Source: Squalus acanthias (lineage: Eukaryota). Taken from it: a DNA stretch of 64,000 nucleotides. The notes below the pieces were generated by a model. The model did not search any database and was not told the origin of the DNA. It saw nothing but the letters and a program-made list of their open reading frames with translations. This document shows positions 22,714 through 34,759 of this stretch, one piece after another. The DNA is taken from positions 170,006,001 through 170,070,000 of the forward strand of contig CM059425.1 of assembly GCA_030390025.1 (NCBI GenBank). The letters are read 5' to 3'. Numbering within the stretch: position 1 is the stretch's first letter; every line of letters begins with the position of its first letter. The position numbers and the translations under genes are program-made.

Positions 22714-23704
22714 TATCTCAACTCCATTTACCCACCTTGGTTCCATATCCCTTAATAGCCTGACCAAACAATACCATCTAAATGTTCTAGATCTATTCTA
22801 GACCAATGAGATAACCATTTGGGTTATTACAACAGCAACAACAACAAAAACTACAACTTGTATTTGTATGACACCTACAATGCAGAAAAACTTGACAAGG
22901 TGCTTCACAAGAGCTTTGCAGCCAAGTTAGAAAAGGGTAACCAAAAGTTTGCTTGAAGAGATATGTTTTGGAAAGGCTTTTAAAGGTCGTGAGGAAGGTG
23001 GAGAAGCACAGGGGTTTGGGGAGCGAGTTCAAAGGATAGAGCCAAGGCAGTTGCAAGCTCTGCCATCAAAGTTGGTGCAGAAGATTATGGAGGGGGAATG
23101 CACAAGACACCAGAGTTAGAGGACACGGGATGAGACAAAAAGGCTGCAAGAGGTTGCAGAGCTAAGGCTGTGGAGGGATTTGTAGATGGGGACAAGAATT
23201 TTAAATTCAAGTCTTTGGGGTACACTGAGCCAATGTAGCTCAGCAAGGATAGGCGTGATGGAGGACTTGGACTTGGTGTGGATCAAGATGTGGGTGGTGG
23301 AGTTTTGGACAATTTGGAATTTATGGAGGATGATAGTCAAGAGACTAGCAAAGAGGGTGTTGGAGAAGTCAAGCCTAGAAATGATAAAGACATGGTTTTT
23401 GTAGCACTGGGGATAAGGTAGGGGAAGAGGTGAGCAATGTTGCAGATGTGGGTCTGAGTGTTCTTGCTAGTGGATAAGATATTGGGTTTAATGCTCAGCT
23501 CTGGGTCAAGTAGAATGCTAAGGTTGTCTGCTCTCGGGTTGAGCCTGACTGAGCAACCTGGGAGGGGAATAGAGCTGATGGCAAGGGTGCAGATTATTTT
23601 GATAGGAGCTGAAAATGATGGTTTTGGTTTTTGCAAAGTTGCAGGAAATTCTAGTTTGTTCATGAGTTAATATCAGACAAGCAGTCTGACATTACAGAAA
23701 GATT

Positions 23705-23945
23705 TACATAGAATAAAAAGCAGAGAAAAAGGTAATTCGGCCCAACTGGTCTATGCCGGTGTTTATTCTCCACACAAGCCTCCACCCACCCTACTTCATC
23801 TCAGCATATCCTTCTATTCCTTTTCCCCTCATGTACTTATCTAGTTTCTCCTTAAATGCATCTGTGCTATTCACCTTAATTACTCCACATTCTAACCACT
23901 TTCTGGGTAATGAAGTTTCTCTTGAATTCCTCATTGGATTTATGG
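23705..23945 (-). mobile_element. CR1 3' end fragment inside the L2
   Basis: Homologous to 13527-13830; reads DAFKEKLDKYMRGKGIEGY. Confidence 0.8.
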
Positions 23946-24015
23946 AAATCGTCAAGGGATTTGGTGGAAAGGTATAATTGGGTGTCATCACTATGCATTT
24001 GGAAGCTGACCCCAT

Positions 24016-24705
24016 GGGGGCGATTTTCAACGTGGGCATAAATAACATGGGCAGTGGGTGGGGCACCCACCCCACCTGCCCAATGCAAGTAGTAGGAGGT
24101 TCGATCAATTTTCGTGATTGGGCATCATTAAAATTGAATCATTGAGCTGCCATCACCAATCGGGTTTCTTATAGCAGCTGGCAGGTTGAGATGGTGGGAA
24201 ATCTGATGGGGCAGGTGATCTTGATGGGCCTGCAGCAGCACCTTAAAGGGAGAGGGTGGTAGTGTGTGGAGTGAAAGGGGGCAGCAGTTTATAGTAGCAG
24301 GTAAACATTTTGCTGGGTCTACAGCTCCAAGCAGATCAAATATTGGAAATAACTTCAGTAAAATAGCTGCAAGATCTTCTTCCAACTTTCCATTACTGTA
24401 GCTAAAGATCCCTTTAAATGTTGCTAGAAATGGCTGCCTCCTCAACTTTACTGCCCATGGTTTGTGACAGGTTGAGGAACTGGCGGTAGCAATGTGGGGT
24501 ATTAACTGTGTCATTTGACCCCAACTTGCCTAAATTAATGAGGCCTCCACCTGCTTATAGTGAGAATTCTGGCCACCTAAATCAAGGTCTGTCTGCAAAT
24601 CAGAATGGTCTGGCAACTAGTAGTAAGTCAGCGGGTCAATCTTTCACACAATTTTGGTCCCTTTTTTTACATAAATGGGGTGGCAACAAGGTAAAAGTCT
24701 CCCCC
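24016..24705. mobile_element. One or two adjacent Harbinger-type MITEs inside the L2
   Basis: GGGGGCGATTTT start, AGAATTCTGGCC at 24563-24574, AAAGTCTCCCCC at about 24705. The L2 RT sequence resumes afterwards. Confidence 0.6.
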
Positions 24706-25260
24706 CGCTGTCTATGGATGATATCACCAAGAGGCTGCATCTCGATGAGTAAATGGAGGAGCCCACGGATGGATCGTTGGGAAATTCCCGAAGTGACCGT
24801 GCAATAGCTGGAGGAGACGCCATTGCTGGAGATGCACTAGCTATGTTGGGACAGATAGAAAAGTGCAGTCCCACTTATGCAGAGCATGGAGGAGTGTCAG
24901 TGGAGGAAGAGGTCATGATGAATCATGTTGAATACTTCAAAAAGGCCAAGAAGGGATAAAGCACCACGGTCACAGTCACAGAGGATATTGTTGGTACCAT
25001 TGACCAGGGCATTCTCAATATTGTGTGAAGTTGTGAAGGTATTCAAATAAGAAGTTGTGGGAGAGGCAAGCCTGTAGCTATAAGTGACAACATGTTTGAA
25101 AACTTTGGACAAGGAGAATAGGTTAGAGACTGGTCTGTAGTTGGAGCAGATGGATAGATAAAATATGTACTTTTTGATGAGAAGGGTATGATGACAGGTT
25201 TGAATGGAAGAAGGACATTCCCTGAACAGAGGGAGCCATTAATAAGCATTGGGACCAGAA

Positions 25261-25323
25261 AAGAACATAAGAACATAAGAAATAGGAGCAGGAGTAGGCC
25301 ATTCGACCCTTAGAGCCTGCTCC
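25261..25323 (-). mobile_element. Extremely truncated CR1 (tail only)
   Basis: AAGAACATAAGAACATAAGAAATAGGAGCAGGAGTAGGCCATTCG, the same tail as at 20827, 35214 and 62959. Confidence 0.85.
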
Positions 25324-26687
25324 AAAGGCAATTACGTGGTCCAGAGTTAGGTGGCAAGGGGATCAAGAGTGCAAGTGGAGAGCCTCTAGAATAGGTGAGC
25401 TTTAATAGGACAAGCAGATGGGACAGAAGCTGGAAAGTAATGGGGGATGGAGGTTAGAATGAAGGATTAGGAGGTGGTCAGCGTTGGGAAGCAGTGGAGG
25501 AAGGTGGCACCTGAGGCAGTTGCTTTGATGGTGTCAATATATGAAACAAAGAAATAAATGTGATCCTCACACTTGGTGTTAGAGATAAATATCAAAGGGA
25601 CAAGGGAAGGAGGTTTGATGAGGCAGTTTGTTGTAGAAAAAAGGAGTCATGGGTTATTATAGCCCTCCAAGATTATCCTGAAGTAATAGGAAGATTTAAC
25701 CGTGGAGAAGGAAATTTTGACAAGATCTAGTTAAGCCGGGCCATGGATGACAAGACTAGTTGTGCATTCGGAGCACTCAAGCCTGTGGCCCTCAGATTTA
25801 AGGGTGATTAGGTGGGAGCTGTACTAGGGAAACAATGGAGGTGAGAGATGGTAAGTGAGTGTGAGTGAATTTTGGGCAGGCAATATGAAGTGGTCCAAAG
25901 ATTGATGACCCATTTGGCTTGGGATGGAGGCAGTAGGAGGTGAAAAGAGAATGAGAATGAAGGAAGCTGTGAGATTGTGGAGAAGAAACTCAAGACTAGG
26001 ACGATGGTAGGAGAAAAGATCAGCTGCTGAGTAGGATTGGTCGGAGTGGGAGAGTGAGAGGGACATATTAACGAAAAGAAAAAAAGGTGTGGAGGAAGTT
26101 AGAGGCAGGAGAAAGTTGGTGAGGGAGAGAACATGGAACAGGTTTGGGGGGAGGTTGATAGCAGGAGCTTGGAACCAAGTGACTGCTAATATTCACACAC
26201 GGGTAGATATGGGAAAAAAGATTATATATACTAGAAGAGAGAGTTAGATATAGCAAGGAGGTCAAGAGACGGGAATAATGAACGGAGGTAACCACTCCAG
26301 TGGTCAATATGGATTCAGCGAAACAGGTTGGAGAAGTTGAGAGTGTGTGAGTAAAACAAAGAAGTCTACTGACAGCTTGGGAGGTGAAAGTGGCCTGGAT
26401 TTTATGAGGCAGATTAGGAAAATTTGTAGACAGTGAAGAGCTTCAAGAGCCCAAGAGCTGTGAAGAAAGTTAGAGAATCCAGGGTCTATGGGGAAAATTA
26501 GAGAAGTCTAGGGTTTTTTGATGGTAGTCAAAGATCACAAAATGGTCCAATAGCAGAGCTGAGTCCCTGCAGTAGAGGAGAATTATCAATATATTTAATT
26601 ATCAGGAACTGAAAATAGTTACCGATAGATAGAAGTAGAAATTGGACATTGTTGCAACATTTTACAAGAGTAAAACAGGCAAAACAA

Positions 26688-27209
26688 GGGCCAATTTTGG
26701 GGACCAATGACCCACACCCAAAAGACGACTGAAAGACGTTTGATCTGATGTTGGTCGAACCATTTTTCAGGCGTCCCTGGTGGCCATCTAAAACAAGTGT
26801 TATGCCCCAGAAATATTTAAATGTTTTAGGCTCCCTGGCAGAATATTTTGGAATGAGCGGAGCAAGATGCAGGTCTGTTGAGCTCAGGATTCTTAAGCAG
26901 CTTCCAACAAAAGGTCATATTTTTCTTAAAAACTTAAAAAATTTGTTCCTGTGAAGTAAAGAGCAGGAGTACTCGCCTGACTTCTCTGTATTCCCGATCA
27001 GACCCTCCCTCTATTGCTTTTCCACCCTCCCTCCTCAAACTTACCTTCGGGCCACTGCTGGTGAGGGATGTGGCCCAAAATTGATCTGTAACAAATGGGT
27101 GCGCTGCCTGTGGAGGGGTGACAGGTGCCTACAGCTTACCCAAATAATATTAATGAGACCAGAGGCCTGATTTTGTACACAGCTCCCACTTCAAGCCTGA
27201 AATTGGCCC
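26688..27209. mobile_element. Harbinger-type MITE (degenerate)
   Basis: 10-bp TIR GGGCCAATTT / AAATTGGCCC, flanks CAA and AAA. Confidence 0.55.
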
Positions 27210-28487
27210 AAAGGAATTTCCACACCATAGTCAGACACTAGGACAAGTAGTTCTCTGTCATTTCAGTGCATGCTGATTAAATTAACCGCTTCAGCAGAAA
27301 GGATAATCAGCTATGATTCTGCTATTCTTCAACTCTCCCAGTGGGGAGCCACACTCTCAGAGAGCACAGGCTGGAGACAGGAATACAATATTGTAGCGCC
27401 AACTCTGCAACCTGCACTCTCTGTGAGTGGGGCACCCTGCTCAGAATGTGGAATCACTCCTACTCTTGATATACTCTTTGAATTCTCTAATGACCATCTA
27501 GCTAAGCATTACTGTTTTTAGAATTTTCAACAGATACACTGAAAATGAGCAATTTGTCTCACCGCATTTCTTTTTGCAGTTGATGAAGCTGCATCAGTTA
27601 TGAATTATCTTTTGAGAGCCAATGTCCCATCTTTATAGGTGTCGTAAAAAATGGATGACCTTGAAGTCATCCTTACATCTTTAAGGTTACGCAAATACTT
27701 CACAAAGTTCAAATGAGACTCAAACAATGTTATTAGAATGTATTTTTATCGAAAGCTGGGAGCTGGTGCTTCAGTGGTGATTTGGATAGTTTCTTTCTCA
27801 AACTGCTATGCACTTGAGCATTATCAACACAGTTGGGATGATTAGCCTGTGGGATGACAAATTGCAACTCAGCTCTTAAGAGGATTTTTGAATGGCCTCA
27901 TCAAACTGAATAGCTCCTCACCACAGTCTACTTGGATAGTGTCACGTTGCTACATATCTCTTAATCCATTGGCATTGAATCTCATAAAAATGTTGACCTT
28001 GTCACATTGGACTGTATCTGGCAGTTTGTGCCCTGCAGCATTCACAGAATAGTATAGATGCTCACATATTCTAAACAATGATGATAATGTGAGCTTCTGA
28101 TTTCTGGTTCCCAAGCGTATTGTGACCAAAGTGGATTAGTCAATGGGTAAAGCAATGCACCATTTTCAACATCATTCCAACAGTCATGTTAGTCATTCAC
28201 CCAGAAAAACCGTAAAAAGCTAAGATCGTTGACGACAGTGGGTTCACTTGATAATATTCTACAATAGTATTCATTGCTGAAGTGCACGGTGAGCCATGGC
28301 AAGTACAATTGGCATTACAGCTGCCTGAACCCTTAATGTTGGATTTTAATACAAATATTTGACATCTGAGGTATATTTCCCTCTGTTCACTGATGTTGGA
28401 GAAAAGTCTGTGCATGTATAAAACTAGTTTTCCTGTACAGTTCTATCAAAGTTTTGAATAAAATTAACCAACGAAGGAAAATATACT

Positions 28488-29059
28488 GGTCATGAAATTC
28501 TGTGGTGTTTGGTGGTCTCCTGCCATTACCCTCAGGAAAACAGCAGACACCCGCTTACACTGGATAACTGCTGTTTTCAGGAATTTCCCCAGGACTATAA
28601 GGGTTGAAACTCCCCTTTGCCCATCACAAGGTAAATGATAGTCAAGGGATCATTAACTCTAAACCAGGAGTTCTTTCTCCTTATCCTCAGTCGGGAGTCA
28701 GTGGTAGTACCGACTTCCAAAGGCCTTTTGCGTGGGCCCCACAAGTAGCCTGGATTCCAGAAGAGATTTTTTTTTTGGGTGGGTGGTGGGCGTATAAAAT
28801 TTCACAGATTGGTCCCCTTGCTCAGGGGGCCAAAGGGAACTTTGCCAGGGTCAGGGGGATCTAGAGCATCCCCCATTAAGGGCACAACAAGGCCAAAGTT
28901 TCTGTGGGCATGGACCAGGTGGGCACCAGGGATACACCTCTAATGGCACTTGTGTCAGCCTGCCCCACACTAATGAGGTGCCCTCCCACTGGCCCCAAAA
29001 ACTTTTGCAGGCTTAGCAATGGAAAGCATTAGGATCGCGATCTGGGGAATTTTAGGGCC
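28488..29059. mobile_element. Harbinger-type MITE
   Basis: Imperfect TIRs GGTCATGAAATT / AATTTTAGGGCC and TSD ACT. Confidence 0.65.
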
Positions 29060-29626
29060 ACTGTTTAAAAGGAGATTAATCAAGTAAAACCATAAAGGGG
29101 AGATTTTCCTAGATCTGTGCAAAGTCAGATTGGATCACCTGTGCACAGCAGAAATCAAAAAATTGTGTTGGTTGGAGCTCATGCCTGTAAAGGAACCTTT
29201 TAAATAAATGGAAGGGAAGTTAGGTGAGTGCCTTTACAGGCTTTGACATGTTTGATTTTCCAATATGCTTTGTGCCAAGGTGATCCAGTGTAACTAGGCA
29301 CAGACTGAGGAATTATATGCTCTATTTCACATAACAGGGAGACTTTGAGCCCTGACACCCAACGGACGCATCTCAAAAATGGTGGGATTGTGGCGGATCG
29401 CCACCTAAAACGGGCATAATCCACTCTTCCGTCTGTGGACAAATTTCCAGCACCTTCCCTTTAAGGCACCTTACCTTTAAGGCAGAAGGGGGCGGGGCCT
29501 CAGGTTTTACCCAGAGAATTCTGGGAGCTTTTCAGACTGCCATTTTGTGCCATGCTGTGATTAAAAGTCTCTTGTTTAACACAAATGGATTCAGCCTTAA
29601 TTCGTGTTTCGCGGCAGCCTCAACAT

Positions 29627-29640
29627 TGGTGACCCCGACG
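29627..29640 (+). promoter_or_regulatory. Primer-binding site complementary to the tRNA-Trp 3' end
   Basis: TGGTGACCCCGACG right after the 5' LTR; identical to the first 14 nt of the ASLV tRNA-Trp PBS. Confidence 0.9.
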
Positions 29641-29665
29641 CTCAGAACGTATTCCGAGCACTGCA

Positions 29666-32600
29666 ATGGCGGACACGAACGCAGTTTCTGTGAAACTGCC
29701 GGAGTTTTGGGAAAACCAGCCCGAAGCCTGGTTTCTCCAAGCTGAATCTCGCTTCCGGCTGCGGAATATCACCACAGATGGGACGAAGTACGACTATCTC
29801 GTCACATCACTCGGTAGCGCCGCAGTTTCCAAGGTTTGGACAACGCTGCAGAACCCACCAGAGGAAGGCAAGTACGCACATCTCAGGACAGCGCTACTTA
29901 AAAAATTTACGGCCTCGGCATATCAGCGAAACTGCCACCTCCTCGACCTTCCAGGCCTCGGTGATGCCTCACCGTCAGACCTCCTCTCCCACATGCTCTC
30001 CCTCACCGACGAGAGCCCACCCGGATCCCTCTTCCGCACGCTGTTCATCCGCCAGCTCCCACTCAGCATCCGCCCAGCGATCGTGGCATCCGGCCTCACG
30101 AACCTGGAAGCCCTGGCCGATGAGGCCAACAAGCTGCTGTCCGCTCACTCCAGCCGCGACGTCACTCCGGACCTGGCAGCCAATGCCTGGGCGCGCCCCT
30201 CACCATCCAGCACGCGGCCACAAGGGCCTGTCACCAGGCCCACGGGGCCTTCACGCCCCACTAACCCGGGCCACTGTTACTACCACGCACGGTTCGGCGC
30301 CAGGGCACAACGGTGCACACCTCCCTGCTCTTTCAAGTCCGCCCCCGTTCCAGCCCCCGCGATGGCCGTGGGCCACGCGGGCTCCCTGCTGTTCGTCACG
30401 GATGACAAAACCGGCCGCCGGTTCCTGTGCGACACTAGGGCTCAGCACAGCATCATCCCGGCCTCCTCCCTCGACATCCAAAAGGGCGAACGAGGACCGG
30501 CACTGGCTGTTGCTAACGGCTCGGAAATCCGGACGTATGGCACCCGGACAGTCACCCTCGACCTCGCTGGTCACCGCTACTGATGGGAGTTCATCACTGC
30601 CAAGGTGCTCTCCCCCCTCATCGGCGCAGATTTCCTGTGTGCCCACGGCCTACTGGTAGACATCCCTCGTCACCGCCTCGTGGACATGAACACCATGTCC
30701 CCTATCCTGGGCGCCATGGCCCCCCGTCAACCTGCCGACATGGCGTCACAGTGCCACGCCCGGGCCACGGATGACTACTCGGCACTCCTGGCCGAATTCC
30801 CGGCCCTTACCAATCCGACCTTCTCCGCGGAGGCCGCCAAACACGGGGTGGAACACTTCATCCCCACCACAGGCCCCCCAGTGTACGCCCACGCCCGCAG
30901 GCTGGACCCGGCCAAACTGGAGATCGCGCGGACCGAGTTTGCCACCATGGAACAGCTCGGCATCATCCGCCGCTCCAACAGTCCCTGGGCCTCCCCACTC
31001 CACATCGCCTTCAAACCAGGCGGAGGTTGGCGCCCCTGCAGGGATTACCGCCACCTCAATGACGCCACCACCCCTGATCGGTACCCCGTGCCGCACATTC
31101 AGGACTTCTCGGCTAGACTGGCCGGCCACTCAGTCTTTTCCAAGGTCGACCTGGTGCGCGGCTACCACCAAGTCCCCGTCCATCCTGCGGACGTCCCCAA
31201 GACGGCCGTAATCACCCCCTTCGGCCTTTTCGAGTTCCTGCGGATGCCCTTCGGCCTCAAAAACGCGGCCCAGGCATTCCAATGGCTCATGGACTCGGTC
31301 CTTCGGGACCTGAAGTTCCTGTTCGTCTACCTGGACGACATCCTGGTAGCCAGTTCCTCCAAGCAGGAACACCTCTAACACCTTCGCATCCTGTTCGGGC
31401 GCCTCAGCGACCACGGGCTCATCCTCAGCCTAGCCAAATGCCAGTTCGGCCTGGACAAGATCGACTTCCTCGGCCACCACATCACCCATGCTGGGGCCAT
31501 TCCCCTGCCCACCAAGGTGCAGGCAGTCCAACAATTTCCCTGCCCCACTACCATCAAAGGCCTCCAGGAGTTCCTCGGGATGGTGAATTTCTATAACCAC
31601 TTCATCCCCAAAGCGGCGTCCCTCATGAGGCCCCTGTATGAAGCCCTCTGGGGCAGGAGCGGCAAGATGGCGGTCGAATGGACGGCAGACGCGTCCGACG
31701 CCTTCGATTCCACCAAGACCGCTCTCGCCAATGCCACCCTGCTCGCGCACCCACGGCCCAATGCCAGGGTAGCGCTCACCACGGACGCCTGCGACCACGC
31801 GGTCAGCGCCGTGTATGAGCAGTGGGTCGACGGCGCCTGGCAACCACTTGCCTTCTTCAGCCGCCAACTACGCCCCCCGGAGGTCAAGTACAGCACCTTC
31901 GACCGCGAGCTCCTCGCGCTGTTCCTGGCGGTCCGCCATTTCCGGTTTTTGCTTGAGGGCCACCCCTTCACTGCGTTTGTCGACCACAAGCCCCTGACAT
32001 TCGCAATGGCAAAGACAACCGACCCCTGGTCTGCCAGGCAGCAGCGCCAGCTCGCGGCAGTGTCCGAGTTCACCACGGACATCCAACACGTCTCCGGCCG
32101 AGACAATGTGGTAGCCGACTGCCTCTTTCGCCCCGCCATCCACGCCGCACACCTAGCAGTCGACTACACTCAACTCGCAGCAGACCAGATCACCGACCCT
32201 GATCTGCTCTCCGCACCCACCAACCTACCAGGGCTACGCCTGGCCGACGTCGCCTGTGGCCCGACCGCAGTCACGGTCAAGTGCGACATATCCCTATGTC
32301 AACCTCGGCCCGTTGTCCCAGCGTCCTGGCGCCGCCGGGTATTCGGCATTCTCCACAACCTCTCCCACCCCGGCACCCGCGCATCCATCAAATTGGTAGC
32401 CAACCGCTTTGTCTGGCGCGGCCTTCGCAAGGATGTGCGTACTTGGGCCAACTCCTGCCTAGCCTGCCAATGGGCCAAGGTACAGCAACACAAGAAAGCA
32501 CCCCTCGAGGAGTTTACCGTCCCCTCGCGGAGATTCGACCACATCCACGTGGACATCGTCGGGCCCCTGCCGCCGTCGCAAGGCCACACGCACTTGCTGA

Positions 32601-33090
32601 CCATCGTTGACCGCACCACACGCTGGCCTGAGGCAATTCCACTGACCTCTACCACCACCGCCGACATTGCCAGAGCCTTCGTCAGCACCTGGGTCACACG
32701 GTTCGGTGTCCCCTCCGACATGACGTCGGACAGATGTCCGCAATTTACCTCTGAACTCTGGACCGCCGTCGCACGCAATCTCGGGGTGACCATTCACTGC
32801 ACCACAGCGTACCACCCCCAAGCCAACGGACTGTGTGAGCGGTTCCACAGATCCTTGAAGGCATCTCGTCGAGCCAGCCTCCAAGACGGCGCCTGGACCG
32901 ACCGACTTCCGTGGGTCCTCCTCGGCCTGCGCACCGCAGTTAAAGAAGACCTCCACGTGGCCGACCTGCCCTCAAGCCGGTTCACCCGGCTGCTCCACGC
33001 CCGGCCGTTCCACGTCCACCGGCATCCTACAAGAGCCGCTCTGGCCTGCCCATCAGACCGCCGCACCGTCTCGTCCACACCTCCTAAGCG
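29666..33090 (+). pseudogene. Gypsy gag-pol polyprotein in a single frame, with two nonsense codons and a probable deletion in the integrase C-terminus
   Basis: ORFs at 29666, 30605 and 31517 share one frame; stops are TGA at 30581 and TAA at 31376. Gag KLPEFW and CYYHARFGARAQRCTPPC; protease FLCDTRA (DTG mutated); RT YLDD; RNase H TTDAC/DRELLA; integrase HHCC plus HVDIVG/SDRCPQF/ERFH. Confidence 0.95.
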
Positions 33091-33096
33091 GATTCT

Positions 33097-33104
33097 GGGG
33101 GGAG
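33097..33104 (+). promoter_or_regulatory. Polypurine tract
   Basis: GGGGGGAG just upstream of the 3' LTR. Confidence 0.8.
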
Positions 33105-34059
33105 CTGTGTGGCGGATTGCCACCTAAAATGGGCATAATCCACTCTTCCGTCTGTGGACAAATTTCGAGCACCTTCCCTTTAAGGCACCTTACCTTTAAG
33201 GCAGAAGGGGGCGGGGCCTCAGGTTTCACCCAGAGAATTCTGGGAGCTTTTCAGTCTGCCATTTTGTGCCATGCTGTGATTAAAAAGTCTCTTGTTTAAC
33301 ACAAATGGATTCAGCCTTAATTCGTGTTTCGCGGCAGCCTCAACAGGATATGACTTACTGCCCATTTCCAACCACAGTGTGGCCAACTTAACCTTCTCAA
33401 GTGCCTACTGCTGGACAGCTGGAGTGCCCCCCTGAGTCAGGTAGTAGGGCCTTTTAATAATGTAGTTAGGACTCCAATTGCCATTTTAGGACTTGACTGG
33501 GCGACCGTGCGCCATGCATGTTCTGTACAGTTTCAGCTGTGAGGAGTTTGAATTTATTTTTTGCATGGCCGAGATGAGCAGGAGTGCTTTTCCAGACTCC
33601 ATAAACCCGCCCCCCCACCCCCAACCACCAGAATGGACTTTGCTCCAGGCTTACCTATTTCTGGGCCGAAAGGCAGTCCAGGCTGCCCAGTATTGTGACT
33701 GTCTGGAGCTGGCGGGCTGCCCTGGGGCACTCATTTACCGCCAACAGCCTGCTGGCCCTATGTTAATGAAATCTGACCCTCGAATTGGACCGGGCCTCCT
33801 GTCGGCACTATCGGGTGGCCAGCCGCTACGCTCCACTGTCCAGCTGCCCGAAAACCACACGGGGGTACAATCTACCCCAACCCGTCTAAAAAACATGTCC
33901 CTTTACTTGTTATTATAGCCTTTTTTCTTTCAGTGTGTGGAGAAAACCCGAAGCATAAAATTCTCTTCCAAAAGCTCTGAATTGTTGAGGAAAAAGACAG
34001 AAATCTGCAATGTGCACTGCCATGCTAATATTTCCCAGATTTGGCAGATATCTGATTAA

Positions 34060-34690
34060 GGGGGCGAAATCCTACTTTGGCGGGGGCACAAAAAGGCTGG
34101 GTTTCCAAGGGCACAGGAAACCCGACAGCTAAAGGAAGATGGGAGCAGCCAGATCCAGCAGGTGAGTGCTTTTTATAGCACTGCTTGTGGGCGAGGAGGA
34201 GTAGGAGTGCTCCCCCTGGCCCCTCAAGCAAATCATTTGCTGCGACCTTCTGCACCCCCCCCCTCCCCCAACCCCCTCTAAACATGGGATCTCTTCCGGT
34301 CCCCCCACCTCCCAATTGTTGGTCCGACTCCCCCCCGCCACCAACCCACGATCTCTCCCGGTGCCCCAGCCCTCCCGATTCCGGTCCAACCCGCGACCGT
34401 CCCCAACGGTCCCTGGCTGCAGATTTCTCCCATTGGCTTTACAGAGAAAAATATGATACTGAGCTCCTGCTGTTAAATTCGGCAGGACCTCCGTGTTCTT
34501 CCCACCCCACCCCCACAAACACGTGCTCCTGCTCCCTCTCCACCGCCCCATAGATCTCGCGGCCTCTGTATCCATTTCTACCCATGCTTGGTTCCTTTTT
34601 TTAAATGAACAGGCACATCCAAACCCAAAGGCCCCAAAATTCCAATGGTTTGGTGGGGCGTAAACCAAGCAGATCTATTGGGGGCATGAA
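34060..34690. mobile_element. Harbinger-type MITE remnant
   Basis: GGGGGCGAAATC start and a GC-rich interior resembling 16036-16861. The right end is unclear. Confidence 0.45.
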
Positions 34691-34759
34691 ATTTGGAACT
34701 TTGAAAGGATATGGTAGTTTTACAGACCATTTAAGTTCTGCCCTAAATTACACTGGAAA

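Larger units (their letters stand above)
20745..22765 (-). mobile_element. Older CR1 3' tail (20745-20826 and 22714-22765) acting as the target of a younger CR1
   Basis: GATCATGGCTGATCTCTATCT continues as TATCTCAACTCC. TATCT is duplicated at 20822-20826 and 22714-22718. Confidence 0.7.
22830..26600 (-). mobile_element. Long, decayed L2 LINE carrying several younger insertions
   Basis: (CAA)n tail at 22830-22860; SITPILAELHWLSVPQRLEFKIL; FQMHSDDTQLYL; a DH motif near 26545. Many stops and frameshifts. Confidence 0.75.
29389..33345 (+). mobile_element. Ty3/Gypsy LTR retrotransposon (CsRn1-type) with both LTRs
   Basis: LTRs at 29389-29625 and 33108-33345 (TG..CA; I count 5 substitutions and 1 indel). 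TSD GGAT, PBS, PPT, and gag-PR-RT-RH-IN domain order. Confidence 0.97.
29336..33878. mobile_element. Harbinger-type MITE hosting the Gypsy provirus
   Basis: Termini AGGGAGACTTT / ACAATCTACCCC with AAC on both flanks. 33350-33878 has the typical MITE interior. Confidence 0.5.

Noticed and set aside
27651..27716. Short peptide MDDLEVILTSLRLRKYFTKFK resembling the start of a SAM domain
   Set aside because: Only 21 codons, bounded by stops, with no supporting splice structure.
30581..30583. TGA as a programmed gag-pol readthrough codon
   Set aside because: It lies inside the protease domain. A second stop (31376) and a mutated DTG show ordinary decay.
29778..33123. Multiple overlapping and antisense ORFs in the Gypsy body
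   Set aside because: Expected from high GC3 coding sequence; no recognisable domains.
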